Counted from the first letter of the stretch, positions 13,235 to 25,922 are shown. The stretch is DNA of 64,000 bases from Octopus sinensis (GCF_006345805.1 NC_043003.1:97526001-97590000); one strand, 5' to 3'. Numbers and translations are program-made. The notes: generated from the letters alone by a model not told the origin.

Positions 13235-13515
13235 ATGTAAAATTTTCTTCTATTTCTAAATAAATCATAAGAAACAATTACTTATTTAGCATTCATATTA
13301 GGTGGGGGGCGTGGGTGGGCAGTAAAAGTATCCACATGTTCTAAGGAGGACATTTGCCAAAAAAAAGGTTGGGAAACACTGATCTACAAGATGATGATTG
13401 TAGTGATGATGATGATGATGATGATGACGATGGTGGTGGTGATCTAGGTGGTGATGGTGGTAGTGGAGGAAGAGGAGAAAAATACAATATGAATCCAAAT
13501 GTAATATTTCATTTG

Positions 13516-13521
13516 TTTATT
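13516..13521 (-). promoter_or_regulatory. Candidate polyadenylation signal AATAAA of the NQO gene
   Basis: AATAAA on the minus strand ~40 nt after the stop codon; positional inference only. Confidence 0.45.
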
Positions 13522-13561
13522 CATTTGACATTTAAGTAGTTTTGTTCAGTCATTTTAAGCT

Positions 13562-13825
13562 TTACATCCTCTTGCCAAGGTGATGGCCAACAGTGGGTGC
13601 AGTTTCCACTCCTGACATTTTCTCCATATAACTGTCTGACAGTTGACCAGGAGGGAAAGAGAATTCCTTGAAAGATATGTATTCCATTGGTTTCTCCTCT
13701 TGTATTTTAGACAGCTTTTCTTTCAATGTTTTCTTGATCTCAGCCAGTCTCTCGTCATTCATATAATGAGCACCGTGGACCATGAATGGCTTTAAGACAT
13801 CCAGGCCACAAAAGCGAAGACTATA
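13562..13825 (-). CDS. NQO1/NQO2: NQO exon 4 (YSLRFCGLDVLKPF...TAPTVGHHLGKRM*)
   Basis: Acceptor ctcttctag; LxFCGxxVLxP motif; NQO1-like VGHHLGK tail; TAA stop. Confidence 0.92.
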   Translation of the reverse strand, partial: YSLRFCGLDVLKPFMVHGAHYMNDERLAEIKKTLKEKLSKIQEEKPMEYISFKEFSFPPGQLSDSYMEKMSGVETAPTVGHHLGKRM

Positions 13826-14052
13826 CTAGAAGAGAATAATTGAAAGAATGAGTATTAATGAAGGGCGGGGGTCTTTACCCCACACATACACACACATGTA
13901 GACATAGCCATTCTTAGGTTTGAGTGAAAGCAGTTTAATACTAAGACAGAGAGAGAGAGAGGTGAGACAAGCAAGAGAGAGAGTAGGCAATGCTGAGAGA
14001 CATCAGGAGTGAAGGAAATACAGGTTTAAAAACAAGGGGATATGTGTGTACC

Positions 14053-14473
14053 CTCTTTTACTCTCTCTTACTCTTGTTTCAGTCATTTGACTGTGGCCAT
14101 GCTGGAGCACCACCTTTAGTCGAGCAAATCGACCCCGGGACATATTCTTTGTAAGCCTAGTACTTATTCTATCTGTCTCTTTTGCCGAACCGCTAAGTTA
14201 CGGGGACATAAACACACCAGCATCGGTTGTCAAGCGATGTTAGGGGGACAAACACAGACACACAAACACGCACACACACACATATATATATATATATATA
14301 CATATATACGACGGGCTTCTTTCAGTTTCCGTCTACCAAATCCACTCACAAGGCTTTGGTCGGCCCGAGGCTATAGTAGAAGACACTTGCCCAAGATGCC
14401 ACGTAGTGGGACTGAACCCTGAAACCATGTGGTCGGTAAGCAAGCTACTTACCACAAAGCCACTCCTATGCCT
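14053..14473 (-). mobile_element. SINE family A
   Basis: Full-length match. Confidence 0.9.
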
Positions 14474-14510
14474 ATGGGTATATATATATCTAAATATATA
14501 TGTGTATGTA

Positions 14511-15998
14511 TTAGGTTGTCTCACATGAAATATCATATTTTAAATGGGTTTCTTACGAGTCATCTATAAATGGATTTTTAATGAGTTTCTATGTATATGC
14601 TTGTGTTTACTCTTAACTCTTTTTCTTTCTAGACAATACTCTTATTCAAAATTGCTACCCACAGCTCCTATAGCAATGTTGACAACTGAACAATACATAT
14701 TTCTTTACTACCCACAGGGGACTAAACACAGAGAGGACAAACAAGGACAGAAACACAGATTAAGTCGATTACATCGACCCCAGTACGTAACTGGTACTTA
14801 ATTTATCGACCCCGAAAGGATGAAAGGCAAAGTCGATCTCAGCGGAATTTGAACTCAGAACATAGCGGCGAACGAAATACCACAAAGCATTTCGCCCAGC
14901 GTGCTAACGTTTCTGCCAGCTCGCTGCCCTGAACAATACCGAGTGATTTTCTTGTACGAATACAAGTTGGGTCACTCGGCCACTGAAGCTCTACGAAACA
15001 TCAAGCGGGCTTTTGGTAACGATTCTGTTGACGTTAAAACTGTTCAGAGATGGTTCCAAAGATTTCGTTCAGGAAATGAAATCCTTAAAAATGAACCAAG
15101 GGGGAGACCAAAATCAGTTATTTGGCATGATGAATTGAATGCTTTGGTTAAACGAAATCCAAGAGCAACAGTCCAAAAAATCGGATCAGACCACCAGACA
15201 ATTCCCACAACTGCTTCTTGACACTTGAAGAAAATTGGAAAAGTCAAAAAGATGGATAGGTCTGTTCACGATCAACTTAATGAGATTCAAAGAAACAGAC
15301 GCCTTACATGTTGATTTCTCGGTTTGAAAGAGAACCATTTTTGTATCGACTCATTGCATGTGATGAGAAATGGATATTCTTTGATAACAGCAGGAGGACA
15401 AAACAGTGGTTAGATGCAGGAGAGTCACCAAAACACTATGCAAAACCACCATTGCACCCTAAAAAATTGATGGTCCCTGTATGGTGGTCAACAAAGTGGG
15501 GTTATTCATTATTCATTTTTGCAACAAGGAAAAACTGTAACAGCGACATCCTATTGTCAAGAAACTGATTCTATGCATGAAAAATTAAAAAAGAAGCTAT
15601 CCAGATTAGTGAATAGAGATGGCCCAGTTTTGCTTCATGCACAGCCTCACACTTCTCAAGCTACGGTCCACAAGTTGCAAACCCTGAAGTATGAAATCTT
15701 GGCACATCTTCCTTATTCTCCTTATATCTCTCCTGCTGACTATCACATATTTAAACACTTTGAGCTTGCAATAGGCAATAAGACGTTTTTTAATAAAGAA
15801 GAGGTAATTAAAGCATTTGAACAGTTTATCTGTGTAAAAGATGACAAATTCTTTGAAGATGGAATATATGCCCCACTGGATGAAGATCATAAATGGACAA
15901 GGATCATATTTAGATTAAATAAATAAATATTCTAAAACTTAAAAAACAATTTTAATGTTTCCATTTTCGAATGCGATATTTCATGTAAGACAACCTAA
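14511..15998 (+). mobile_element. Near full-length defective mariner transposon
   Basis: TIRs TTAGGTTGTCTYACATGAAATATC, TA TSDs at 14509-10 and 15999-16000. Frameshifted transposase with HTH, CDEKW, YSP..SPADYH; the HDNA aspartate is missing. Confidence 0.95.
14697..14928 (-). mobile_element. SINE family B inserted in the mariner ORF
   Basis: B-box-like GAGTTCAAATTCC; 11-bp TSD CTGAACAATAC at 14686-96 and 14929-39. Confidence 0.9.
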
Positions 15999-16001
15999 TA
16001 T

Positions 16002-16480
16002 ATGTCTAAATATGTTTGTGTGCATATATCTATCTATCTATATATATGTGTGCATATACCTATCTATCTAGATATATATGTGTGCATATATCTATCTATC
16101 TATCTAGACATATGTGTGTGCATATATCTATCTATCAATCAAGATATATGTGTGTGTGTGCGTATATCTATCTATCAAGATGTGTATGTGCATATACCTA
16201 CTTATCTATCTAGATGTGTGTGCATGTATCTATCTATCTATCTATCTATATATGTGTGTGCATATATCTATCTATCTAGATATATGTGTGTGCATATATC
16301 TATTTATCTAGATATATGTGTATGTATATATTTATTTATATGTGTGTGTATATATCTATCTATATGTGTTTATATATCTATTTATATGTGTGTTTATATA
16401 TCTATATATATGTGTATATATCTATTTATATGTGTGTGTATATATCTATCTATCTAAATATGTGTCGGTGGATAGATAGA

Positions 16481-16548
<68 letters not shown>

Positions 16549-16670
16549 TAGATAGATAGATAGATAAATAGATAGATGGATATATGGATAGATAGATTAG
16601 ATAAATAGATTAAATAGTTTAGATAGACAGACAGACAGACAGGTGTGTGTGTGTGTGTGTGTGTGTGTTT
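16002..16670 (+). repeat. TATC/TG minisatellite plus (GATA)n, (GACA)n and (GT)n
   Basis: Directly visible. Confidence 0.95.
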
Positions 16671-16837
16671 ATGAATAGAAAAAGAGAAGGACATGAGAAC
16701 ACAAACTATGAATACAAAAGAAATTGGAAAGAGTGGAAGAAAAACAGACTGACAGATAAAATGTCAGAAATATAGTTAGAAAAAGTATAACAGAAAATTA
16801 AGTAAATGTCAAGAGAACAGAAATTAGGTAAAAAAAC

Positions 16838-17023
16838 TTAGCTCACAGCTGTTTCTGCTATAGATGCAGAGAACATTTCAAAAGTGATCTTTACCGTGTG
16901 CTTAAATTCTTTCTCAAATAAATTTGCACATCATACCAGATGCTCTGAGAAAGCTATAGGGTGATACACAAACACTCAGCTTTGAGTGCACTGCATCTTA
17001 TAACCGAAACAGCTGTAAGCTAA
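16838..17023. mobile_element. 186-bp element with ~32-bp terminal inverted repeats
   Basis: TTAGCTYACAGCTGTTTC.G.TATA(A)GATGCAG at both ends. Confidence 0.65.
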
Positions 17024-17129
17024 TGAAGTTGATTATGTAATTCATGTTCCCTTGTCATTTATTTAACTTCATATTATGCTCTGTGCTTGACTAACATTTT
17101 AGTCTAAAGCATATATATATATTTGGGTG

Positions 17130-17657
17130 CAAAGAGTACCTTACAAGTGTGATCGTTGACAGAGAGGCTAACTGGCTTCCATGCCAGTGGCACATAAAAG
17201 GCACCATTCGAGTGTGATCGTTACTATCATTGCCTTACTGGCACTTGTGCCCATGCTAATAGGGTACTAAGAGCATCATCTGAGTGTGATCATTACCAGA
17301 GCAGCTAACTGGCTTCCATGCCGGTGGCACGTAAAAGGCACCATTCGAGCGTGATCATTACCAGCGTCACCTTACTGGCACCTGTGCTGGTGGCATGTGT
17401 AAAAAGATTTGAGCGAGGTCATTGCCAGTACCGCCTGACAGGCCCCCATGCCGGTGGCACGTGAAAAGCACCCACTACACTCTTGGAGTGGTTAGCATTA
17501 GGAAGGGCATCCAGCTGTAGAAACTCTGCCAGATTAAGATTGGAGCCTAGTGCAGCCATCTGGTTCGCCAGCCCTCAGTCAAATTCATCCAACCCATGCT
17601 AGCATGGAAAGCGGACGTTAAACGATGATGATGATAATGATGATGATGATGATGATG
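17130..17657 (+). mobile_element. Retroposon family C with (GAT)n tail
   Basis: Internal tandem GGCAC.TAAAA.GCACC units, GGAAGGGCATCCAGC core, (GAT)n tail. Confidence 0.8.
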
Positions 17658-17796
17658 AATTCTAGCTCCAGGTTAATTAGTATCACCATGTCTAGGTGAA
17701 ATCTTAAAATAGTTAGAAAGATAAAGACAGAGATGAACAGATAGACAAGCAGATTCAGAAAGAGAAGCTAGGCTGGACAAGGAGTGTGATATTTAC

Positions 17797-17898
17797 TTGT
17801 ATTGGCCACAGAGCTACATTGATATCTCCATTGAATCCGTTTGGTGTAAACATCGCTTCAGAAGCCCCTGTGGTAAATGACAGCATTGTGCGTTTACC
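17797..17898 (-). CDS. NQO1/NQO2: NQO exon 3 (GKRTMLSFTTGASEAMFTPNGFNGDINVALWPIQ)
   Basis: Not in the ORF track; read by hand. Acceptor ttcattttcag, donor CAA|gtaaat, 102 nt. Aligns without gaps to the NQO TTGG...GD...LWPIQ segment. Confidence 0.93.
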
Positions 17899-18737
17899 CT
17901 GAAAATGAAAGGAAAAGAAACATTTAGTCATGTGTGTGTGTGCATATATCTATCTATCAAGATATGTGTATGTGCATATACCTACCTATCTATCTAGATG
18001 TATGTGTCTGCATATATCTATCTATCTAGATATATGTGTGTGTGCATATATGTATCTATCTGGATATATGTGTGCGCATATATCTATTTATCTATTCCAT
18101 TTTTTGGTCTATGGATCCATTTGATTCCTATTTTACTTAAATGGATCCTCAGATAGAGAATAACGAGAGCATGATGGGAATGAAGAAAATGCTGTGGCCA
18201 GCAGAACCGACTCGGCACCAGACAGCCTGGTCAATCCAGCTGATCTAGGATCCTCGTAGTCATTTGTTGTTTAGCCCTTAGGCATTCAGATTTCTCAAGC
18301 AGAAGTCATTCTTATTCATTTGCATTGTTTTCAAATTATCATGCATTGTCTTGCAAATAACTTGCACATGCAAGCGCTACCAGTCAAAAGCTCCGTATAC
18401 CGGAAGCCAGCAAGTGTATGGGGTCATCAGGAGAGAATGCGCGCCGTTTCGGGGCCTACCTCTCGACAGCATCAATGCGCACTGGCCCCCTCCTCACTGA
18501 TATGAGGCCCCACTTGCTAGATCAGCTGGTTATGAAGTTAAACTCAATATCCTTCTAGCCATCGCTCATCATCTCTTTTTAACCAAATCCAGTAGCTTTA
18601 GAATGATTTAGAAGGATATAGTAGGGTTAGTATGAGAGGCCGTATCTAGCCAGTCTGAGCATAAAACAAGTAGAATATATTGGCTGGATTTGGCCAGTTT
18701 AAATGTTCAAGGGTTTAAAAATCCTTTTACATTTATA

Positions 18738-19113
18738 TACTCTTTTACTTGTTTCAGTCATTTGACTGTGGCCATGCTGGAACACTGCCTTTAGTCAATC
18801 AAATCGACCCCAGGACTTATTCTTTGTAAGCCTAGTACTTATTCTATCGGTCTCTTTTGCTGAACCGCTAAGCTAGGGGGACGTAAACACACCAGCATCA
18901 GTTGTCAAGTGATGTTGGGGGAACAAACACAGACACACACATACACATAGATATATATACAGATATAGATATATACATATATACGACGGGTTTCTTTCAG
19001 CTTCCGTCTACCAAATACACTCACAAGGCTTTGGCCAGCCCGAGGCTATAGTAGAAGACACTTGCCCAAGGTGCCATTCAGTGGGACTGAACCTGGAACC
19101 ACGTTGTTGGTAA
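18738..19113 (-). mobile_element. SINE family A (5' truncated)
   Basis: Match to the other copies. Confidence 0.88.
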
Positions 19114-19385
19114 ATTGTAGAAATATAACTGATTTATTACACAATTTTTAATAAGAAAATATTATATGGGCCCCTAAGGATCACTTGGACCCCGGTTGAG
19201 AGCCACTGATATAACTGGTGGACTACATAGTGTATGTTTAATTAGTGCAATAATGCACAACAATAAAATGGGTGCAACAGATGCAGGTCAATGATTAGAA
19301 TGCAGCATTTGGTTATCTTTTACAAACAGACGTCATATAGCCTACACCGGTCTTTAGTCTGTATCCTACTGAGGTCAATAATATA

Positions 19386-19796
19386 CCTTTTACTTTTTAC
19401 TTGCTTTCGGTCATTAGAACAAGGCCATGCTGGAGCACTACCTAGAAGAATTTTTAGTTGAGTGAATGAACCCCAGCACATTTTTTTAAAGCCTGGTCCT
19501 TATTCTATTGGTCTCTTTACCAAACTGCTAAGTTATGGGGATATAAACACAACACTGGTTGCCAAATGGTGGTGGGGGACAAACACAGACACAAAGACAC
19601 ACACACATACATACACACACAAACACACATACAATGGGCTTCTTTCAGTTTCCATCTGCCAAATTCACACATAAGGCTTTGGTCACACCAAGGCTTATAG
19701 TGGAAGACACTTGCCTAAGGTGCCACACAGTGGAACTAGACCTGGAACCATGTGGCTGGGAAGCAAGCTTCTTACCACACAGCCATGCCCATACCT
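19386..19796 (-). mobile_element. SINE family A, older diverged copy
   Basis: Diverged match. Confidence 0.8.
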
Positions 19797-19889
19797 ACTT
19801 ATATTATATATTTTGTGTGTGTGTGCGTGTGTCTATTTGTGCTTGTGTTTGTCCCCACCACCAGCTCAAGGCCTGAGATGTTTTTAGTG

Positions 19890-20672
19890 GGAAGGGCTAG
19901 GCAATTACATTGACCCCAGTACTCAAATGTTACGTACCTTACTGACTCTGAAAGGATGAAAGGTATAGTCAGGCTTGGTAACATTTAAACTTGGAACATA
20001 AAGCTAGAAGAAATACTGCTAACCATTTTGTCCAGTGTACTGACAATTCTGCTAGCTCACTACCTTGAGGTCAACAATATTGGTTTCAAATTTTGGCACA
20101 AGGTCAGCAAGTTCAGGGGAGAAACCCCAGAAGGGATGAAAGGCAAAGCTGACCTCAGTGGGATTTGAACTCAAAATGTAAAGATGGACAAAATTTTGCT
20201 AAGCATTTTACCTGGTATGCCAGCTCATTACTTTGAGATCAACAATATTCTTTTTACTATAGGCACAAGGCCTGAAATTTTAGGGATGGGTATAATCAAT
20301 TGTATCGAACCCAATACTCAATTGATACTTAATTTATTGACCCCAAAAAGGATGAAAGGCAAAATCAACCTCGGTGGAATTTGAACTCAGATCAGAGTGA
20401 CGAGCAAAATACCACTAAGCATTTCATCTAGTGTGCTAATGATTATCATTTCTTTACTACCCACAAGGGGCTACACAAGGAGGGGACAAACAAGGACAGA
20501 CAAATGGATTAAGTCGATTATATCGACCCCAGTGTGTAACTGGTACTTAATATATCGATCCCGAAAGGTAAAGTTGACCTCAGCGGAATTTGAACTCAGA
20601 ACGTAACGGCAGACGAAATACTGCTAAGCATTTCATCCGGCGTACTAACGATTCTGCCAGGTCACTGCCTCA
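19890..20672 (-). mobile_element. Cluster of ~4 family B SINE copies/fragments
   Basis: Repeated GAAAGGATGAAAGG..AAGTYGACCTC.GYGGAATTTGAACTCAG blocks. Confidence 0.8.
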
Positions 20673-20788
20673 TTGAGGTTAATAATATTAACAATGATCG
20701 GGAAGGAAACGCTCATCATGGCCACAATCAAATTCCAGAGAACAGTATAAAAAAATAAAAAGATATATTTAAAGGACTGAAGAATTAC

Positions 20789-21039
20789 CTTGAGTAAACC
20801 ATTATCCAAAAGTTTTCCTTGTCTTTGATCATAAGCAAACCCACTGATCAATACCTTTTCAAACCATCCTTTCAACATTGCAGGCATTGAGTACCAATAT
20901 ATGGGAAACTGGAAATAAATCACGTCAGCCCAAGAGACCTTATCAAGTTCTTGTTGAATATAAGGAGGCAATGCCTTAGCAGCATAGGCATTTGCAATTG
21001 CATGACTATATTGAATATGATCCTTATTGGGTGAACTGT
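20789..21039 (-). CDS. NQO1/NQO2: NQO exon 2 (DSSPNKDHIQY...ADVIYFQFPIYWYSMPAMLKGWFEKVL...DNGLLK)
   Basis: Contains the FQFPxYWxSxPAxLKGWxxxV flavodoxin-fold motif. Acceptor tttacag, donor AAG|gtaatt; 251 nt completes the phase-1 codon and keeps the frame. Confidence 0.95.
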
Positions 21040-22424
21040 CTGTAAAGCAAAGAGAAATGATATCTTTAACTCATGACATATAATACAAAATATACAGAGT
21101 GAGAATTGTCTGGAATGCATAGTTTAACTCAAAGCAGGAATATGGCTATGCAGTTAAGAACTTCACTTTGCAACTAAGTGATTCTAGGTTCAGTCTAGTA
21201 TAGAGTCAGATTGACCAAAATTTATGCGTCAAATATAAGTAAAAAAAAAACTGTGCAGATACTTATCGCATGTGTGTGTGTGTGAAAGATATATACATAC
21301 AGGTGAGAAAATAAATAAACCAGTGCACCAAACAAATATAGTTCGTGGTATTTATTCCAATCAAGGTATATGGGCACTTACTTAGCATTCTTACTATGGA
21401 TATTGCAGTAAATCAGTGAGAAACCCATTGGGAAATTTATAACCAATGACACCACTAATCACAAAATCTTTCATCTTTTACTTGTTTCAGTTATAAAACT
21501 GTGGCCATGCTGGGGCACTGACTTCAAGAAATTTTAGTTGAATAAATCTATCTTAGTACTTATTTTATTTTTTTAAAGCCTAGAACTTATTTTATTGGTC
21601 TCTTATACCTAACCACTAAGTTATGGAAGACTGGGATAAGGTGAACCAGAAGGAAACAGCAATGACATCAATAGCAGAGGGGCCCTACCAGAAGAGGAAG
21701 AGGGAGCGAGAAAGTGAGGGAAGTAGGACCAGCGTGGACCTCTTTTGCCATGAGCAGCTATAGTGGATGGTTGCAAGTAGACATAGAAGCTAGGAAAGGC
21801 ATTAGCAGTGGATTGAAGCAGTAGGTCAGATGGGTAGGCCACATCTTAGATTTAACCCAGCTGGACAGCTGATACTGAGAGGTAGGTAGGACAAAATTTA
21901 AGCCAGGGGTGGGGGCTGGGACACTTCAAATTCAGTGGGCCTCCTCTGCACAAGAATTAAAATTTTGGAAAATTAGCAAATTTATATCTCAAGGCCCATC
22001 TATCACGTGTAATTTTATTTGATGAGGTAGCAGAGAAAGTTTCAATAAACAACTGAAAATGTTGCTTGATAGATACACTTTTCAGAGTTCAAATTTGTTT
22101 CTAACACATTCACTTGCAGTATTTGACTTTTCCTTCATTGTGAAAGAATGAAGAATGAAGGAGGGAAGAAGAGATAAAACATTTTTTTCTTTAACACAAG
22201 TTACAAATGTTTCAGAATGTAGAATACAATCAAATGACAGAAAATTACAAAAAAGAAAAATATTATATCATTTTAGTGGATGCTGTTCCAAAGGTATGAT
22301 GAGTGTGTTTGTATGAGAGGAGAGACAAACATTGAAAAGACATAGATTTTTTAAAACTTTTGTTTTAAAATAGCTTCCCTTCGTTGTTTTGCAATGCATG
22401 AAAAAAAGGGAAAATCCTGATAAA

Positions 22425-22603
22425 ATTTTCAAAATTCCACAGCTATTCCATCATATGACAACATACAAGTTCTGGTCTTCTAGTAGGTCTTTGTAATAGC
22501 AAAAACTAGTTCTTCTGAAATGCCATATGCTTGAAAAATCTTCAATATTTTGTAATAATGGGTGTTGTCAAACCTGTTGCTGAAGTCCACAAAGGTTATA
22601 ATG
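22425..22603 (-). mobile_element. RTE-type reverse transcriptase fragment
   Basis: IITFVDFSNRFD...ILKIFQAYGISEELV..I..TY. Confidence 0.65.
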
Positions 22604-24318
22604 GCAGTGAAAATAAGATCAGCATCAATGCCATCAGATCTTTCTGTAGTGAGGGATATGTGATCGCCTGGATCTGTAAGATCAAGGTCGTAGCCAGACT
22701 GCAAAGCATTGAAAATGTAGCAGGTCTCATGGCTCTGTATCTGGAGGGGAACACTTCAGCGCTGCACCTCGAAATAAATGAAATGGACCAACTGGATGCA
22801 GAGAAGATAGAGCAGCATGTAAAGGAAACCTTTATGGGAGGATTATATGCTGCATTTGCCAAGCTAGGAAAGGTCAATGGTCAGGTGAACATGTATGTAG
22901 TGGAGGTTCAGAGACTGGCCATCCTTTCTGGTTTTACCAGAGAAGGACTAGAAAAGGTGGCACAGCTGATCACATATCCCTCGCTACAGAAAGATCTGAT
23001 GGCATTGATGCTGATCTTATTTTCACTGCCATCTCATGGAAGGGGACAACAACAACAAGGAACAAAAATATATATATACATATGTATGTATGTATATACG
23101 AATGCTGAAATAGCTTGTAGTATGAGGGAACTGTAATGTGAGAAACAAAATAAGGTTTACCATAAATCCTCGAGTATAATCCGCATTTTTTTCCCAAAAT
23201 CTAAAGGTCAAAATCCCTCGTGCGTACTATATACGAAGTTAAAAATGAAAAATATTTTCTAAGCAGTGTCCGAGTCTCTATTTGCTGTCCGGCAATGTTT
23301 ATTCAGACGCATTTTGTGATGTCGGGAGTGAAAAGCTGGCTTTTGTAAATAGTTTCCCTAATGACATATTGATGCAGCTGCAACAACTGCTAGGCAGCAA
23401 GAAATTGGTGATGAGTGAACTTGCCATCCAACCTTGCTTGTTGACACGAAACACTGAGCTGAATGCAGTGGCAATGACAGTCATAGAAGCCCATAATGTT
23501 ATGTGACGATTGCTGAAGAATGAGGAGAGTAAATCTGCCATGGAGTGGCAGCAACCATTTAGGGGCTGGTGTTTCAAGCGTCAGGGACAACACATGGCAA
23601 GGAACTGTGCAGATACAAAGGCCAAACCCATTTGCTACTAGTGCAGACAGACAGAGAAAAGGCCACGGGGAAAGTTGCTGCCTCTCAAACTTTCCCTGCA
23701 AGCAAATAGTGGCTCTCATGCAGTCCACTGTTCATAGTTGAAGTTCTGATTGGAGGAAAAGCATTCATACCCCCATGGATATGAGCTGTACACCTCTCAT
23801 GACCCCCAAGAGTGACAAAAAAGTGGAAGGGGACAAGTAGTGTTAGGGTAGCTGACAGCAGTGAAATTGGATGTAAGAAAAGCAGCAAAGTGGAGATGGA
23901 AGTGTGGGACACGACACTGAGGCTGCAGGCAATTGTGATCAACCATATGGTAGGGTTAGGGTTTTAATGTGGTGATGGGCATCGATGTGATCAACTGCCT
24001 TGGTGGTGTCAGTGTCAGTAGAGATATGGTTTCATTTGGTGGTGCTAGGACAACATGCTTTGTGAGTCTGCAACAAGAGAGGGGGACGAGCCCAGTGGGT
24101 AAGACTGTACTGCGTACACCATTGAGGATAAAGATTTTCAGGCAGTGTTCAGCTGTCAGCAGTGGACAGTTGAGTAGCACTGGAAAGGAGAAACCCAGAC
24201 ACTGAAGAACAGTCTAAGCTGTTATCAGTATACCTTGAAAGGAGACACCAGGAGTGTGATGGATTAAGGAGGAAATGGAAGGAGGAAATAGAGAATGGAG
24301 TGCTGCCACTAATGGCAC
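22601..24318 (+). mobile_element. Decayed Gypsy-type LTR retrotransposon gag-protease-RT start
   Basis: IRSF..EG.VIAW..K...VA.LQ, LYLEG, LAFVNSFP, degenerate Zn-knuckles (FRGWCF..QHMARNC), protease-like VMGIDVI..LGGV, IEDKDF.A.F...WTV, GVLPLMA. Confidence 0.7.
23157..23310 (+). mobile_element. pogo/Tigger-like MITE end
   Basis: TACCATAAATCCTCGAGTATAATCCGCA resembles pogo-type termini. Confidence 0.45.
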
Positions 24319-24336
24319 ACATGCATAAACACACAC

Positions 24337-24368
<32 letters not shown>

Positions 24369-24371
<3 letters not shown>

Positions 24372-24807
24372 CGCAGGAGTGGCTATATAGGCGCAGGAGT
24401 GGCTGTGTGGTAAGTAGCTTGCTTACCAACCACATGGTTCCGGGTTCAGTCCCACTGCGTGGCACCTTGGGCAAGTGTCTTCTGCTACAGCCCCGGGCTG
24501 ACCAATGCCTTGTGAGTGGATTTGGTAGACGGAAACTGAAAGAAGCCTGTCGTATATATGTATATATATATGTGTGTGTGTATATGTTTGTGTGTCTCTG
24601 TTTGTCCCCCTAGCATTGCTTGACAAGCGATGGTGGTGTGTTTACGTCCTCATAACTTAGCGGTTCGGCAAAAGAGATCGATAGAATAAGTACTGGGCTT
24701 ACAAAGAATAAGTCCCGGGGTCGATTTGCTCGACTAAAGGCGGTACTCCAGCATGGCCGCAGTCAAATGACTGAAACAAGTAAAAGAGTAAAAGAGAGAG
24801 TAAAGAG
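24369..24807 (+). mobile_element. SINE family A with a tandemly duplicated head
   Basis: AGGCGCAGGAGTGGCT occurs at 24369 and again at 24389; A/B-box-like head. Confidence 0.92.
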
Positions 24808-25789
24808 TATATATATATATATATTACTTTTTTTTTTTTTTTTTTTTCCTCATTTAGGTCATGCAGAAAATATTTCTAGTTTAAATTTCAGAGTATCTTA
24901 AGCTGCAAAGTGGTTCTCCCCTTAGAAGCATAAATTAGTGTTAAGATATTTACTAATAACAGTATATGCTTGTACTAATTACCATCAAATGGTATTTATT
25001 GGGTGGATGATCAGACTGAATGAGCATCAGTATACATCAGCAGCAGCAGACAATTGGCTGCACAGTCCAGATGACAAAACCCATCAGCGATGCACTGATG
25101 GCGTTACCCCAGTGGCACGCCATTCACAAACTACGTAGAAAGTTTCTCTTTTTTTTTTTTGATAATTTTTATCAATTTTTTTTTAAAGAATCTTAGAAAT
25201 ATCTGTGATATATATATTCACATACACATAGAACACACATATATGTGTATATATATACATATACACCCACAGATACAAGCAACACATACACACACATGCG
25301 GTACATATGCATGTGTGTAAATGTGCTGATATATATATATATAGATAGATATTAACACACATTTATATATTCTTTTTTTTAAAACTCAGCGAAGAACTTG
25401 AGATGCCGCTGACACTTAGGACATCAAACGTGACAGGCAGAGGAGACAACGAAGGACGTCACGTGAACATGGGAAGGACGTCACGCCACGTGCGATCGGT
25501 TTAAAAGGATATTCTACATTAGTATTATATATATATATATATATATGCATATATACATACATATATGTACATACATATGCATATGTGGGCACAGGACGCC
25601 ACAGAACGTAGACAACATAAAATATGAAATACGAATAGATGGAATATGAACTTTTTTTGTGAACAACAAAAGAAACAAATAGAAAACAAGACAAGCAACA
25701 TAAAGAACGACCCTTCATCAGTTGTTGGCTATTTTTCTACTCCGTAAACTGTTTATTAGTATAAAAATTAGACCTTGCTCTTAGCCATA

Positions 25790-25922
25790 TATAGGCTTCT
25801 TTCAGTTTCTGTTTACCAAATCCACTCACAAGGCTTTGGTTGGCATGAGGATATAGAATACACTTGCCCAAGGTGTCGAGCAGCAAGACTGAACCCAGAA
25901 TTATGTGGTTGGGAAGTAAGCT
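25790..25922 (-). mobile_element. SINE family A 5' fragment
   Basis: Partial match. Confidence 0.75.

Larger units (their letters stand above)
11300..13381 (+). mobile_element. Decayed hAT (Buster/Charlie-type) transposon, interrupted by two SINEs
   Basis: FSIQLDES, CTTDDAPLMTG, C.IH..HL, LLHTEVRWLSKG, IAFPSYLVE; right-end TIR GGTTGGGAAACACTG ending at 13381. Confidence 0.8.

Noticed and set aside
17130-17460. Regularly spaced repeats superficially like a CRISPR array
   Set aside because: Internal tandem units of retroposon family C with homologous, non-unique spacers, in a eukaryotic context with no cas genes.
22531-23136. 201-aa ORF as a host gene
   Set aside because: A chimera of antisense RT, Gypsy gag, the inverted copy and microsatellite.
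24369-24470. tRNA-like A/B boxes in SINE heads
   Set aside because: No complete cloverleaf, and they run straight into SINE bodies; not tRNA genes.
24214-24626. Recurrent short ORFs (MPKVPRSGTEP..., ...EDTCPRCHAVGLNPEPCGW)
   Set aside because: They recur at every SINE family A copy, so they are repeat-derived rather than genes.
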